Assembly: GCA_030530215.1 (NCBI GenBank)
Contig: JAUMVJ010000008.1
Span: 403 to 64,402 of the forward strand
Length of the DNA stretch: 64,000 bases
Origin: Coriobacteriia bacterium
GTDB taxonomy: Bacteria > Actinomycetota > Coriobacteriia > Coriobacteriales > Eggerthellaceae
Direction: 5' to 3'
Below, piece by piece: positions 43,771 through 53,229 of this stretch. Made by a program: the position numbers and the translations under genes. The notes below the pieces were generated by a model, which was not told the DNA's origin, did not search any database, and saw nothing but the letters and a program-made list of their open reading frames with translations. The number at the start of each line of letters is the position of its first letter. The first letter of the stretch is position 1.

Positions 43771-46506
43771 CTACTTAACCTTCACCTTAACGGTAACGGT
43801 TTTGGTGTAGGCCTTAAACTCGCCCGAAGCAGAAGCAGCAACGTTCACCTTTACCTTGACGGAGTAGGTGCCCTTCTTGGTCTTCTTCTTGACGGTGATC
43901 TTGCCATTGGAAGCGTTGACGCTGAGCTTGCCGGATCCGCCAGCCTTTGCGTAAGTCACCTTGCCCTTGGCGCCCGAAACCTTCACGGCGCCAGACACAA
44001 CCTGAGCCTTCTTCTTCACCTTGGCCTTCTTGACCGTCTTGGTGGCGGTTTTCACGCTAACAGACTGCGCTTTGGCAGAAAGCTTAGCGATGACGCCCTG
44101 CTTCTGAAGAACCGCGCCGCAATCCGCGCAAACCTTTTCCTCGGTTAGACCTGTTGAAGTATAGGTAGCAGCAACGCCCGCCTTAGTGACCTTTGCAGTG
44201 TGCTTGCCCGTTGCGGGGATTTCCTTCCCTTGCACCACTTCGCTACAGCGAGTGCACTGTTTGCTGGCCTCTTTACCTGCCTTGTTGCAAGTTGCAGCAA
44301 CTGCCGTGCCTGCGACTTCTTTATAGTCGTGGCCAAGGGCCTCGGTGGTATAGCCCGCTTTCTTATCGCCACAAGCGGAGCAAACCTGGGCCGGAACGTA
44401 TCCCCCTTCGGTGCAGGTGGCGTCCTTGGCAGGCTTAGTGTCGGGTTCATCCGTCACATAACTATGGGTGCCACTACCCTTAGGAATTACAGCTCCCTCT
44501 TCTTCGTAATCGCAACGAATGCAATATTTATCCGCATACTTGCCGTCTTCTGTGCAGGTAGCGTTTTTCGCCGTGCTTTTGTATTCTTTGAGCTTGTGGC
44601 CAAGCGCTTTGACTACTGTTGGCTCCTCTATAATCTTGCCGCAATAACAGCATATTGTGCCACCTTTGTAGCCAGCCTCTGTGCAGGTAGCGGTAGCTTC
44701 TTCATAATAGGGTCGTGTATCGGAATGCGTGCATTCCCCTTTATGAATGGTGACCTGCTCAGGATCAAGCTCCTGACCTTCAAAATCACCAAGGCCTATG
44801 ACCTTAAGGCAATAATCGGTGGTTTCCTCGCTTACCTCGGGATATTTGCCTTCATCGAGCATCTGGAATTTGCCATTGCTGTCGTAACTTCCCCAGCGAA
44901 CAGTGTAATCAGTGCCAAGAGTTAAAGTCCTCTCATGGTTAGAGAAATAGCCAGATAAACTCAGCTCAAGATCCCCTAGCGCTAAACTAGAATCCGTAGA
45001 CAAATAACGCTTGTAGCTTAAAACGTAATTACTTAACTTCGTGGCATCATTAACATATACGTACAAATAGTCCGTCTGGCCCTCGAAGTCGCCCTTTCCA
45101 ATTATACTAATTCGATAACAGCCCTTTTCTTTAGGCTGTCCTTCAATGGCTTCATAGCCGATAAATTCCGACTCCTCCTCGGACTCTAAATATACTTCCT
45201 TATACCAAGCATCTCCCAGCTCAAAATCCGTACCTTGCGTGAGGGAGATATCTTCATCGCGATAACATTCGCCTTTTACTTTTAAAGACCCAATATCAAG
45301 ATCATCAATACCAATGACAAGACCGTTAGGGTTGTCATTATCGATTTCGAAGTTGTAGCTTTCTAATGACTTTAAATCCATAACTCTGATATCGAGCCAC
45401 TGGCTATCTCCGTAATAAGGATCCAAAGGCTTAACCAAAACACCATAGGTTTCATCTTTGAGCTGAGTAGTAGTTTCTATTTCCGTCCAAGTAGGGTCAC
45501 CGTCATCGCCTTCGCCTTCCCTTTCATCTTGTATACCCCACTTAAGAATCTCGTAGTCAGTCCCTAAGGCTAGAACCCTCGTGTCGTCTTCTGCTTTTCC
45601 TCTAACAGATACCTCCAACGAATCTCGAAGGTCCGAAACCGTCTCATATTTATCAAGTGAAAGCAGGCAGTCACTGGAAACAAAGAAATTATTGGCATCG
45701 TTTATATCGTCCACGAAAAAATAGACGTAATTTTCGCCGGTATACTGCCCTGCTCCAACAATCTTAAATGCGTAGTAGCCACTTTTGCTGGGAGCAGGCT
45801 GAATGGCCTCGTAAGAGTATTCGTAATCATCGGTTTCTACTCTTTTATACCATGTAGAGTCCACAGTATATGCATCCTTGGGCAAAGTATGGCGCCCATC
45901 AAAACCATAGTAGCTAAAACTAAAATCTGTTACGTCTTTTGCGCTTGAAGTGCTTTCAAGCTCCTTGTCGCCAACCCAAAAATCCATCTCTGATTCGTCT
46001 TCTTCATCACCTAAATATAGGGAATATTTAGACAAGTCATACGGATTAGCTTCTACGATATTTATCTTTACAGGGACATAGCGATCAACAGGAATAGTTT
46101 CCCCTGAACAATCATAAGAAGCGGTAACCCGTATATAGTAAATTCCTGACTCTGTGACTGATTCAACCTTACTTGAATAATCCTGGGTCTTGAAGAACGA
46201 ATCACCTACAAAAAAGTTGCTATATTCATATGATAAGAAGTCTTTCTTGTCTCCTCCCACATACAGCTTGCTCTCACAAGCAATATAGCTTGGGCTAATC
46301 TGACAAAGGTCTTCTACCTCATCAAAAGTAAACTCTCCTGAACCAAAACTAAGCTCGACGGTGTTCCAATCCACGTCGGTAAAATCGCTTAGCCGCTTAC
46401 CCCCCCCTGAAGTGTCTTCGTCTGCAAAAGACAAAGCTGGTAAGCCTAGCATCAAAGCAGCTGCAACGAACAAAGCCGCAATGCTCTTAGGAAATGCTTT
46501 AAGCAT
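43771..46506 (-). CDS. Secreted/surface protein: acidic Ig-like repeats, five ATCT/CxxC/H repeats, Lys-rich C-terminal domain
   Basis: Signal peptide ending SFA; LGTDY...G.GDFEG repeats; ATCTE.G...CxxC...GH repeats; ends KVKVK. Confidence 0.85.
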   Translation of the reverse strand: MLKAFPKSIAALFVAAALMLGLPALSFADEDTSGGGKRLSDFTDVDWNTVELSFGSGEFTFDEVEDLCQISPSYIACESKLYVGGDKKDFLSYEYSNFFVGDSFFKTQDYSSKVESVTESGIYYIRVTASYDCSGETIPVDRYVPVKINIVEANPYDLSKYSLYLGDEEDESEMDFWVGDKELESTSSAKDVTDFSFSYYGFDGRHTLPKDAYTVDSTWYKRVETDDYEYSYEAIQPAPSKSGYYAFKIVGAGQYTGENYVYFFVDDINDANNFFVSSDCLLSLDKYETVSDLRDSLEVSVRGKAEDDTRVLALGTDYEILKWGIQDEREGEGDDGDPTWTEIETTTQLKDETYGVLVKPLDPYYGDSQWLDIRVMDLKSLESYNFEIDNDNPNGLVIGIDDLDIGSLKVKGECYRDEDISLTQGTDFELGDAWYKEVYLESEEESEFIGYEAIEGQPKEKGCYRISIIGKGDFEGQTDYLYVYVNDATKLSNYVLSYKRYLSTDSSLALGDLELSLSGYFSNHERTLTLGTDYTVRWGSYDSNGKFQMLDEGKYPEVSEETTDYCLKVIGLGDFEGQELDPEQVTIHKGECTHSDTRPYYEEATATCTEAGYKGGTICCYCGKIIEEPTVVKALGHKLKEYKSTAKNATCTEDGKYADKYCIRCDYEEEGAVIPKGSGTHSYVTDEPDTKPAKDATCTEGGYVPAQVCSACGDKKAGYTTEALGHDYKEVAGTAVAATCNKAGKEASKQCTRCSEVVQGKEIPATGKHTAKVTKAGVAATYTSTGLTEEKVCADCGAVLQKQGVIAKLSAKAQSVSVKTATKTVKKAKVKKKAQVVSGAVKVSGAKGKVTYAKAGGSGKLSVNASNGKITVKKKTKKGTYSVKVKVNVAASASGEFKAYTKTVTVKVKVK

Positions 46507-46644
46507 TACTGCGCCCCTTTCTCTTGTTCTTCTTGCGATCCTAGTTTTTAGCATCGCCACCTTATCAAGGCGTTGATGTCTTAACCGTAAACAAGAGAGA
46601 TTTAAGCAAAAATGCCTACTGAACGGGACTTTTAATTTTCAAAA

Positions 46645-46672
46645 CTATTACATTTTAGCCAAAATGTAATAG
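46645..46672. promoter_or_regulatory. AT-rich perfect inverted repeat (operator-like)
   Basis: CTATTACATTTT-AGCC-AAAATGTAATAG upstream of the surface protein gene. Confidence 0.5.
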
Positions 46673-46739
46673 AAATGGGCCTAGAGGCAGGGCTCGGACC
46701 CCCGCATCTTGGCTTGTAGGCCTTATGGGCCTGGAACGC

Positions 46740-46772
46740 AAAAATCGCCAGCAGGATTTCCCTGCTGGCGAT
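46740..46772 (-). terminator. Terminator after the LCP gene
   Basis: ATCGCCAGCAGG / CCTGCTGGCGAT plus a T-tract on the minus strand. Confidence 0.8.
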
Positions 46773-46833
46773 AATGATTCAAAAGCGAGCTCAAACTGGC
46801 TTACTGGTCAAGCAACCAAGCCGCTCAATCGAA

Positions 46834-48357
46834 TTAGCTCCAGTCGGCGCCGATGACGACCAGAATGTCGCCGGAGTGCTTGTAGGTGCCCGAGTTCTTC
46901 TTCAAGGTACCAACGCCTAAGGTGTCAGCAACCTCCTGAGCTTTGTCCTTCATATCGTCGCTGTCGTAGATAACAAGCGTTGAAGTATAGGCAAAGTTAT
47001 CGGCATTGCCCGTTTCGCAGGTTGCGCCCTGTTTGGTGAGCTTAGTAGCCGCAGTATCAGCACAGCCGGAAACACCCGAGCCGTTCTTCACCACAATGCT
47101 CAAACCGGAAAGATCGGTACTGGTAGAACCCTGGTTGGTTGACGAGGTGCTGCCACCGTTGCCGGAATGCGAGGTCTCAATGCCCGTACCGGAGTCGGTC
47201 TGGCTTTCGGCCGTGGGTGACAAGCCCGCATCAACACGCGCCATCATGGTTTTCCACTGGTCTTCCAGCAGCAAATCCCACCACACGCCATCTTGCTTCT
47301 CGGAAGTCTTAGGCGTGGAGGCGGTGTAGACGTTGTTGTCAACATCGATGCCCGCGAACTGCTGCGCCAAGCCCAAAATGTAGGAAGCAGACATATCAGT
47401 AGTGACGTAACCAACCATGGTGTTAACCGTAGACATCATGGTGGCAATATCGGAACTTACGATCTTCTTCATGATTGCGGAAAGAACCATGCGCTGGTTT
47501 GCGGTACGCAGGGCGTCGCCGTCACCAACCTTGTCGTAAGTATGGCGCGAACGACACAAAGAAAGTGCCTGCGAACCATTCAGGGTTTGCGTACCGGCTT
47601 TGATCTTATCGTCAACATGAGAGTCATCGATGTCCATGGCAACGGTAACCTCAACGCCACCAAGCGCATCGACCACTTCTTTAAACGCGTCGAAGTCGAT
47701 CTCGGCATAATGCGAGATAGGAACACCCGCAAGCTCGGAAACAACCTTGATCGCGCCCGCGGGACCGTCGAAGGTATAAGCCGCGTTGATCTTTTGCGTG
47801 CCATGCGAACCCATATCGGTCTTAAGATCTCGAGCGATCGAGATCATGGTGACCGTTTTATTCTGAGGGTCTACACGAGTAAGAATCATGGAGTCGGTAC
47901 GATAGCCACCCCATTTGCCCGAGCTCTCGCGCGCTTCCGATTTATCTACGCCGATAAGCAGCATGTAGAAAGGATCAGTTGCGTTGTCGGTTGCAACAAG
48001 AGACTCTGCCGCGTCGCCATCCAGGCCATTCATCTGGTTGTCCAGGTATGCCATATAAGCAAAGGCTGCACCGGCGCCGCCCAAAACGAGCGCAACCAGC
48101 ACCGCGCAAGCAGCAATGATGCCCTTGCGGCGACGAGCCTTTTTCTTAGCAAGCTTGTTGTTGCGTACATAATTATGGGAGTTATGGCCCGTACGAGAAT
48201 ACGGGTTGCTGGCGTCCCCCGCGGCGGCGGCATGAGTGCCCGCACGATGGTCGCGATAAGTCGAAGTTTCTCCCGAGCCGTAAGCGGAACGGCTAAAAGC
48301 AGACGCGTCTGCCCTTTGCCCCGAACGGCGTGACTTCTTATTTTCGAATCTAGCCAT
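46834..48357 (-). CDS. LCP (LytR-CpsA-Psr) family protein with LytR C-terminal domain
   Basis: TM anchor, LLIGVD, RTDSMIL, SIARD, KINAAY, VDALGGV, RSRH, RTANQR, KNGSGVSG, VVIGAD. Confidence 0.93.
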   Translation of the reverse strand: MARFENKKSRRSGQRADASAFSRSAYGSGETSTYRDHRAGTHAAAAGDASNPYSRTGHNSHNYVRNNKLAKKKARRRKGIIAACAVLVALVLGGAGAAFAYMAYLDNQMNGLDGDAAESLVATDNATDPFYMLLIGVDKSEARESSGKWGGYRTDSMILTRVDPQNKTVTMISIARDLKTDMGSHGTQKINAAYTFDGPAGAIKVVSELAGVPISHYAEIDFDAFKEVVDALGGVEVTVAMDIDDSHVDDKIKAGTQTLNGSQALSLCRSRHTYDKVGDGDALRTANQRMVLSAIMKKIVSSDIATMMSTVNTMVGYVTTDMSASYILGLAQQFAGIDVDNNVYTASTPKTSEKQDGVWWDLLLEDQWKTMMARVDAGLSPTAESQTDSGTGIETSHSGNGGSTSSTNQGSTSTDLSGLSIVVKNGSGVSGCADTAATKLTKQGATCETGNADNFAYTSTLVIYDSDDMKDKAQEVADTLGVGTLKKNSGTYKHSGDILVVIGADWS

Positions 48358-48606
48358 GGAGCCAATTTTGCCTATTCTTCGCACAAGACGCAAACCAAAA
48401 GACAGGGTTTCTGGGATAGCACACTTCATTTCCACATGAGCGGTTGCCCCTTTTCCACGGCAATGCCGAAAACACGTTTTTGATTCTCAACGCTATTGCA
48501 ATGGCAAGGGGGTAGAATCTGAAAGGACATGCGTGAGGGCGCTGTCATGGGAGGGGAGTTCGCGCGGGCGTTTGCCCGGCGGGCTTAATACAAGGAGTCG
48601 ATCTTC

Positions 48607-50250
48607 ATGATTACCGACCTTAAAATCAACGCTGAGAACAAAAAGCTCTATTACGAAAAGGGCTGGTGGACCGATAAAACCCTTAACGATCGCTGGAACC
48701 AGTCTGTAGCAGCTTACCCAGATCAAGAATACGTTTGCGACAATTTGGGCGTTCACTACACCTACGCCGAAGTTGACGAAAAGGCCGCGCGCCTTGCCGC
48801 ATGGCTTAAAAGCGTCGGCGTCGAAAACGGCGATATCGTCACCTTCCAATGCCCGCCTTGGTCTGAATTCTGCGTGATTTACGTAGCCTGCCTGAAGGTT
48901 GGTGCCGTGATCCACCCCTTGCCCGTTACCTTCAACGGTACGGACCTTATTTACAGCATGAATCTGGTGGGCACCAAGGCGTTCATCTGCCCCACCTTCT
49001 ATCACAAGACCAATTTCGAAGATCAGGTGCTCAGCATCGTCGACGAGGTTCCCACGCTCGACCGCAAGGCCATCGCGGTGCACGACAAGCTCGAAAAGAC
49101 CCACGGCACCATCACGCTCAAGCAAATCATGAGCGACTTCGAGCCCTTGGCTGAGGCTCCGGCTTCCAAGTCCGACGAAGTTGTCCTTATTCTTTCGACC
49201 TCGGGCACCACGGGCTTCCCCAAGGCGGTGCTCATCACCCACAACGCCCTCATCTACTCCGAGGAATCCTTCACTCAGCATTTCGGGCTTACGCACGACG
49301 ACGTCATGTTCATGCCTGCACCACTCAACCACGCAACCGGATTCAACCACGGGCTTATCACGCCCATGCTTTCCGGCGCGCGCGTTGTGCTTATGCAGGA
49401 GTTTAAGGCCTCCCCCGCCATCGACTTCTTGAATTCCCAGGGTGTCACCTGGTCGATGGGCGCCACGCCTTTCATCTACGACTACCTCACTACCGCAGAA
49501 AGCGAAGGTAAATCTTTCGGATCCCTTCGCTTGTTCATCTGCGGCGGCGCGCCGGTTCCTGGCAGCATGAGCAAATGGGCCGACAAGCACGGCATCACCC
49601 TGTGCGAGTGCTACGGCTCCACCGAAAGCTGCCCGCACTTGGCTGTTCCTCCTTCGAAGACCCTTGAATGGGACGGTCGCTTCAGCGGCATCCCCTGCGG
49701 CGAGGGCATCGAAGTCAAGGTGGTCGACTCGCTGGGTAACGAGGTTCCTCGCGGTAAGCAGGGCGAAGAGATCTCCCGTGGCCCCCACATGTTCGCTGGC
49801 TACTTGAACAACCCCGAGGCCACCGCGCGCGACCTTAAGGACGACGGTTGGTTCTACTCGGGCGACCTTTGCACGATGGACGAAGAAGGCCGCATCAAGA
49901 TCAACGGCCGCAAGAAAGAAATCATTATCCGCGGCGGCGAGAACATCTCTGCCAACGAGATCGACAACAACCTGACAGACTGCCCCGGCGTCGGCAGCCA
50001 TGCCACCATCGGCTACCCCGATGAGCGCATGGGCGAGCGCATCTGCACTTTCCTTGTACCAACGAGCGATCCGGCGCCCACCGTCGAAAGCATCGCCGAG
50101 TACCTTAGCTCCATCGGCATCGCCAAGCGCTTGCGCCCCGAGTACGTGGAGTACATCGACGAGATCCCCCTAACGGAGTCTGGCAAGGTGAAGCGCAATC
50201 TGCTTGCCGACGAGCTCAATCGCCGCCTTAAGGAACGTGGCGTTCTGTAG
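48607..50250 (+). CDS. fadK: Acyl-CoA synthetase (FadK/YdiD-like)
   Basis: TSGTTGFPK, YGSTES, GWFYSGD, GRKKEIIIRGGENIS, SGKVK; the substrate and exact symbol are uncertain. Confidence 0.8.
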   Translation: MITDLKINAENKKLYYEKGWWTDKTLNDRWNQSVAAYPDQEYVCDNLGVHYTYAEVDEKAARLAAWLKSVGVENGDIVTFQCPPWSEFCVIYVACLKVGAVIHPLPVTFNGTDLIYSMNLVGTKAFICPTFYHKTNFEDQVLSIVDEVPTLDRKAIAVHDKLEKTHGTITLKQIMSDFEPLAEAPASKSDEVVLILSTSGTTGFPKAVLITHNALIYSEESFTQHFGLTHDDVMFMPAPLNHATGFNHGLITPMLSGARVVLMQEFKASPAIDFLNSQGVTWSMGATPFIYDYLTTAESEGKSFGSLRLFICGGAPVPGSMSKWADKHGITLCECYGSTESCPHLAVPPSKTLEWDGRFSGIPCGEGIEVKVVDSLGNEVPRGKQGEEISRGPHMFAGYLNNPEATARDLKDDGWFYSGDLCTMDEEGRIKINGRKKEIIIRGGENISANEIDNNLTDCPGVGSHATIGYPDERMGERICTFLVPTSDPAPTVESIAEYLSSIGIAKRLRPEYVEYIDEIPLTESGKVKRNLLADELNRRLKERGVL

Positions 50251-50294
50251 CCGCAATAAGCTTGCTTAGCCAAAGCGCCGTTTCGCCTTGAACT

Positions 50295-50333
50295 GCCTCC
50301 CATTTCTTGGACACGAGAAATGGGAGGCTTTTT
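50295..50333 (+). terminator. Terminator after the acyl-CoA synthetase gene
   Basis: GCCTCCCATTTCT / AGAAATGGGAGGC-TTTTT. Confidence 0.85.
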
Positions 50334-50538
50334 ATGCGCGGGCAAATTCCTTCAAGCAAGACCCGCACTCAACCCAGGCTCGAACAAGGCCCGCAGCACC
50401 GCCCGCAGCGCCAAACCCGAGCAGGCCTATTCGTCCCCCGCGCCCCTCGTTATCCAGCGCTCTAGCGCCCGCAAGCGACAAACCTGGGCAGGCCCGTTTG
50501 TCCCGCCGAGCGCACCTCAGCACCTCGCCCGCAAAACA

Positions 50539-50566
50539 AAGAGCCGCTCCATATGGAGCGGCTCTT
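50539..50566 (-). terminator. Terminator after cstA
   Basis: AAGAGCCGCTCC-ATAT-GGAGCGGCTCTT. Confidence 0.85.
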
Positions 50567-50609
50567 CTTGAATCGTATCGATTCAGCTTAGGACCAAGCC
50601 CAAGCAGGA

Positions 50610-52460
50610 TTAGAAGGCGACTTCCTTCTTTTCCTTCTTGAGGGCAACCTTGATGGCCTTGATAACCACGATGATGGCCAGAACAACCAGCAAGATGGCA
50701 ATGAGCAGCTGAGCGACAACGCCAGCAGCACCGCCCGCCTGTGCGGCAAGAACCGTGGCATCGCCCATGAGCAGCGTAGCCTTTGCAAAGATGGTCTGAG
50801 CCAAGGAGGTCAGGGTGACAATCATCATGAATACCAGGGGCACATAGAACATCTTGTTGTTGCGGCCTGCATTGCCCAGCCATACGCAAACAGCCAGCAA
50901 AGCAAGAGCGGCAAGGAGCTGGTTGGCAGCACCGAACAGCGGCCAGATGATGCTGTAGCCCGTCATGCCCAGGCCAACGCCCAAGATAACGGTAACGATC
51001 GTTGCAACGTAGGGGTTGCAGAGAACAGCCTTGATGCCGCCCTGCGCGCGAGCCTCGTCAACGGTTTCCTCCATGCCGGTGAAGAGCTCCTGGAACATGT
51101 AGCGGCCCAAACGGGTTGCGGTGTCCAAAGAAGTCAGGCAGAAGGCGGAAACAGCCAGGATCAGCAGCGAGTAAGACAGGGACTCAACGTTCTCGAGGCC
51201 AGGGATGCAAGCGAGCATCTGGGACAGGCCGGATGCGAAAACGGCCGTAGGAGATGCGTAGCCGCCCGCCTGATAGGTTGCCCAAACGAAGCCAACAGCG
51301 CACAGCGAGATAACAGCCAAAACGCACTCAAGAAGCATGCCGCCGTAAGCGATGGGCTGGGCATGAGCCTCGGTGTCCATCTGCTTGGAAGTGGTGCCGG
51401 AGGAAACCAGGGAGTGGAAGCCCGAGATAGCGCCGCAAGCGATGGTGATGAACAACACAGGGAAGAGCATGCCGGAAGCTGCAGCCTTGTTGACCACGGC
51501 CAGGCCGGTCTCGGGGTTGATGATGGCGTTGCCCGAAGCATCAACGGCAGCGTTGGAGGCAACGAAGCCGGTGAAAGCGGGGATATCCAGGTTGGTGGCA
51601 GCACCCACAAGGGAGGCACCGATGATTGCGACAACTGCCAAAATCAACATGCCGTAAAGCAGATAGGAAGACAGGTAGTCGCGAGGCTGGAGCAAGACCC
51701 AAACCGGCGCAACCGAGGCAACCAGGATATAGAAGCCAAGGATGATCATCCAGGTGGTGTAGTCAAGGGAAACGATGGGCAGGTTAAAGCCAACCGCAAC
51801 GATGGCAACGATGATTACGATTGCGGAAATCACGTTGGCAGCTGCGGGGATCTCGCGGCCGCGGATAACAAAGCCGTACACGATGGCAACGCCGATGAAC
51901 AGCAGCGAAATCATAGCGGTGCGCATGTTGGCGAGGTTGGATGCCTCGGTCTGAGCGCGAGTTGCCTCGTCCATGGCGTCGGTGATGGGAGTCACGGCAA
52001 AGGTGTTGGCGACGATGGAAGCGAACGCCGCAACAACCAGCACCAAGGTCAGGAATGCGAAGGTGCAGAACAGCTTCTTAGAGCTGTTGTCGATGTTCTC
52101 GGCGATGACGGTTGCAACCGTGTGGCCCTTGTGGCGCAACGAGGCGAACAAAGAACCGAAGTCATGCACTGCACCGAAGAAGATACCGCCGATGAGAACC
52201 CACAAAAGAACGGGGACCCAGCCGAAAACGGCAGCCTGAATGGGGCCGTTGATGGGGCCAGCGCCTGCGATCGAAGAGAAGTGGTGGCCCAACAACACGT
52301 AGGGTTTGGTAGGGACGAAGTCCACGCCATCTTCGCACTCATGGGCAGGGGTTACGTGCTTTGCGTCAACGCCCCACTGCTTTGCAAGCCAACCACCGTA
52401 GAAGATGTAGCCTGCCGCCAAGATGACGAGGGCAACGATAAGGATGAGCATTGCGTTCAT
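50610..52460 (-). CDS. cstA: Carbon starvation protein A family (pyruvate/peptide transporter)
   Basis: DGVDFVP, GHHFSSIAGAGPI, LLQPRDYL, IACGAISGFHSL, TSLDTATR, WPLFGAANQL. Confidence 0.94.
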   Translation of the reverse strand: MNAMLILIVALVILAAGYIFYGGWLAKQWGVDAKHVTPAHECEDGVDFVPTKPYVLLGHHFSSIAGAGPINGPIQAAVFGWVPVLLWVLIGGIFFGAVHDFGSLFASLRHKGHTVATVIAENIDNSSKKLFCTFAFLTLVLVVAAFASIVANTFAVTPITDAMDEATRAQTEASNLANMRTAMISLLFIGVAIVYGFVIRGREIPAAANVISAIVIIVAIVAVGFNLPIVSLDYTTWMIILGFYILVASVAPVWVLLQPRDYLSSYLLYGMLILAVVAIIGASLVGAATNLDIPAFTGFVASNAAVDASGNAIINPETGLAVVNKAAASGMLFPVLFITIACGAISGFHSLVSSGTTSKQMDTEAHAQPIAYGGMLLECVLAVISLCAVGFVWATYQAGGYASPTAVFASGLSQMLACIPGLENVESLSYSLLILAVSAFCLTSLDTATRLGRYMFQELFTGMEETVDEARAQGGIKAVLCNPYVATIVTVILGVGLGMTGYSIIWPLFGAANQLLAALALLAVCVWLGNAGRNNKMFYVPLVFMMIVTLTSLAQTIFAKATLLMGDATVLAAQAGGAAGVVAQLLIAILLVVLAIIVVIKAIKVALKKEKKEVAF

Positions 52461-52484
52461 GCGCTCCAACCTTTCTGTCTTGCC

Positions 52485-53015
52485 TTATCCGATAAGCGCC
52501 AAATTGCCTTCCAGCATTTTGGCCAGTCCTTTGCCAGCGGCATTCGTGACCACCTGCTTGCCCCGTTCGCGAGACAAATCGATCACGGCGACCCGAAGAT
52601 CCGCCCAACCCTGAAGGCTGAACTTGAAGTTCTTGCGGAACTTTGATTTACGGGCGAGCTTCATGGCGTCGTCGTCAACCGAATCGGCGATGACGATAAG
52701 CGAAAGACCCGAAGACATGTGGTTGGGGCCGGGCTCCACCAATTTAAGCCCCTGCTCACACACAAACTCGATTTCATCGGCCAAGCTCTCTGCGCTTAAG
52801 GCATCGGCGGTGTCGATGAAAAGATAGTCGTGCGAATCGACCTCCCACATCTTCGCGCGCTTGGTGAGCACATACTGTTCGCCATGAGTATGAAAGCTCG
52901 CAAACGCAGGAAACGTGCGTCCTTCGAACTGATGGTCGCGGATGATGTCGTAATAGCCTGCGTTCGCAGCAATGACGCGCTCCAGTAAGTCGCTACGCCG
53001 TGCGTTTTGCGCCAT
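52485..53015 (-). CDS. Hypothetical protein, probably co-transcribed with cstA
   Basis: GGAGG RBS; ends 25 bp before cstA; protein-like composition. Confidence 0.75.
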   Translation of the reverse strand: MAQNARRSDLLERVIAANAGYYDIIRDHQFEGRTFPAFASFHTHGEQYVLTKRAKMWEVDSHDYLFIDTADALSAESLADEIEFVCEQGLKLVEPGPNHMSSGLSLIVIADSVDDDAMKLARKSKFRKNFKFSLQGWADLRVAVIDLSRERGKQVVTNAAGKGLAKMLEGNLALIG

Positions 53016-53229
53016 GCAGGTTTCCTCCATCCGTGCTCATCAATCCGATGCTCGGCTCGCTTCGTCTACGGCAAAATACGCATCAGCAGAGCAATTCGCA
53101 CTTCACCTAGGCTTTTAAAGAACCTGCGCGAGTATAGAAGAAGGTTTCGATTTTATTTCGTAACAAAGTCGCAAAACTTTTTTTAATGTTGTGTTTTGTG
53201 TGTGAACGGTTTCAAATTCGCTCGTAGAT

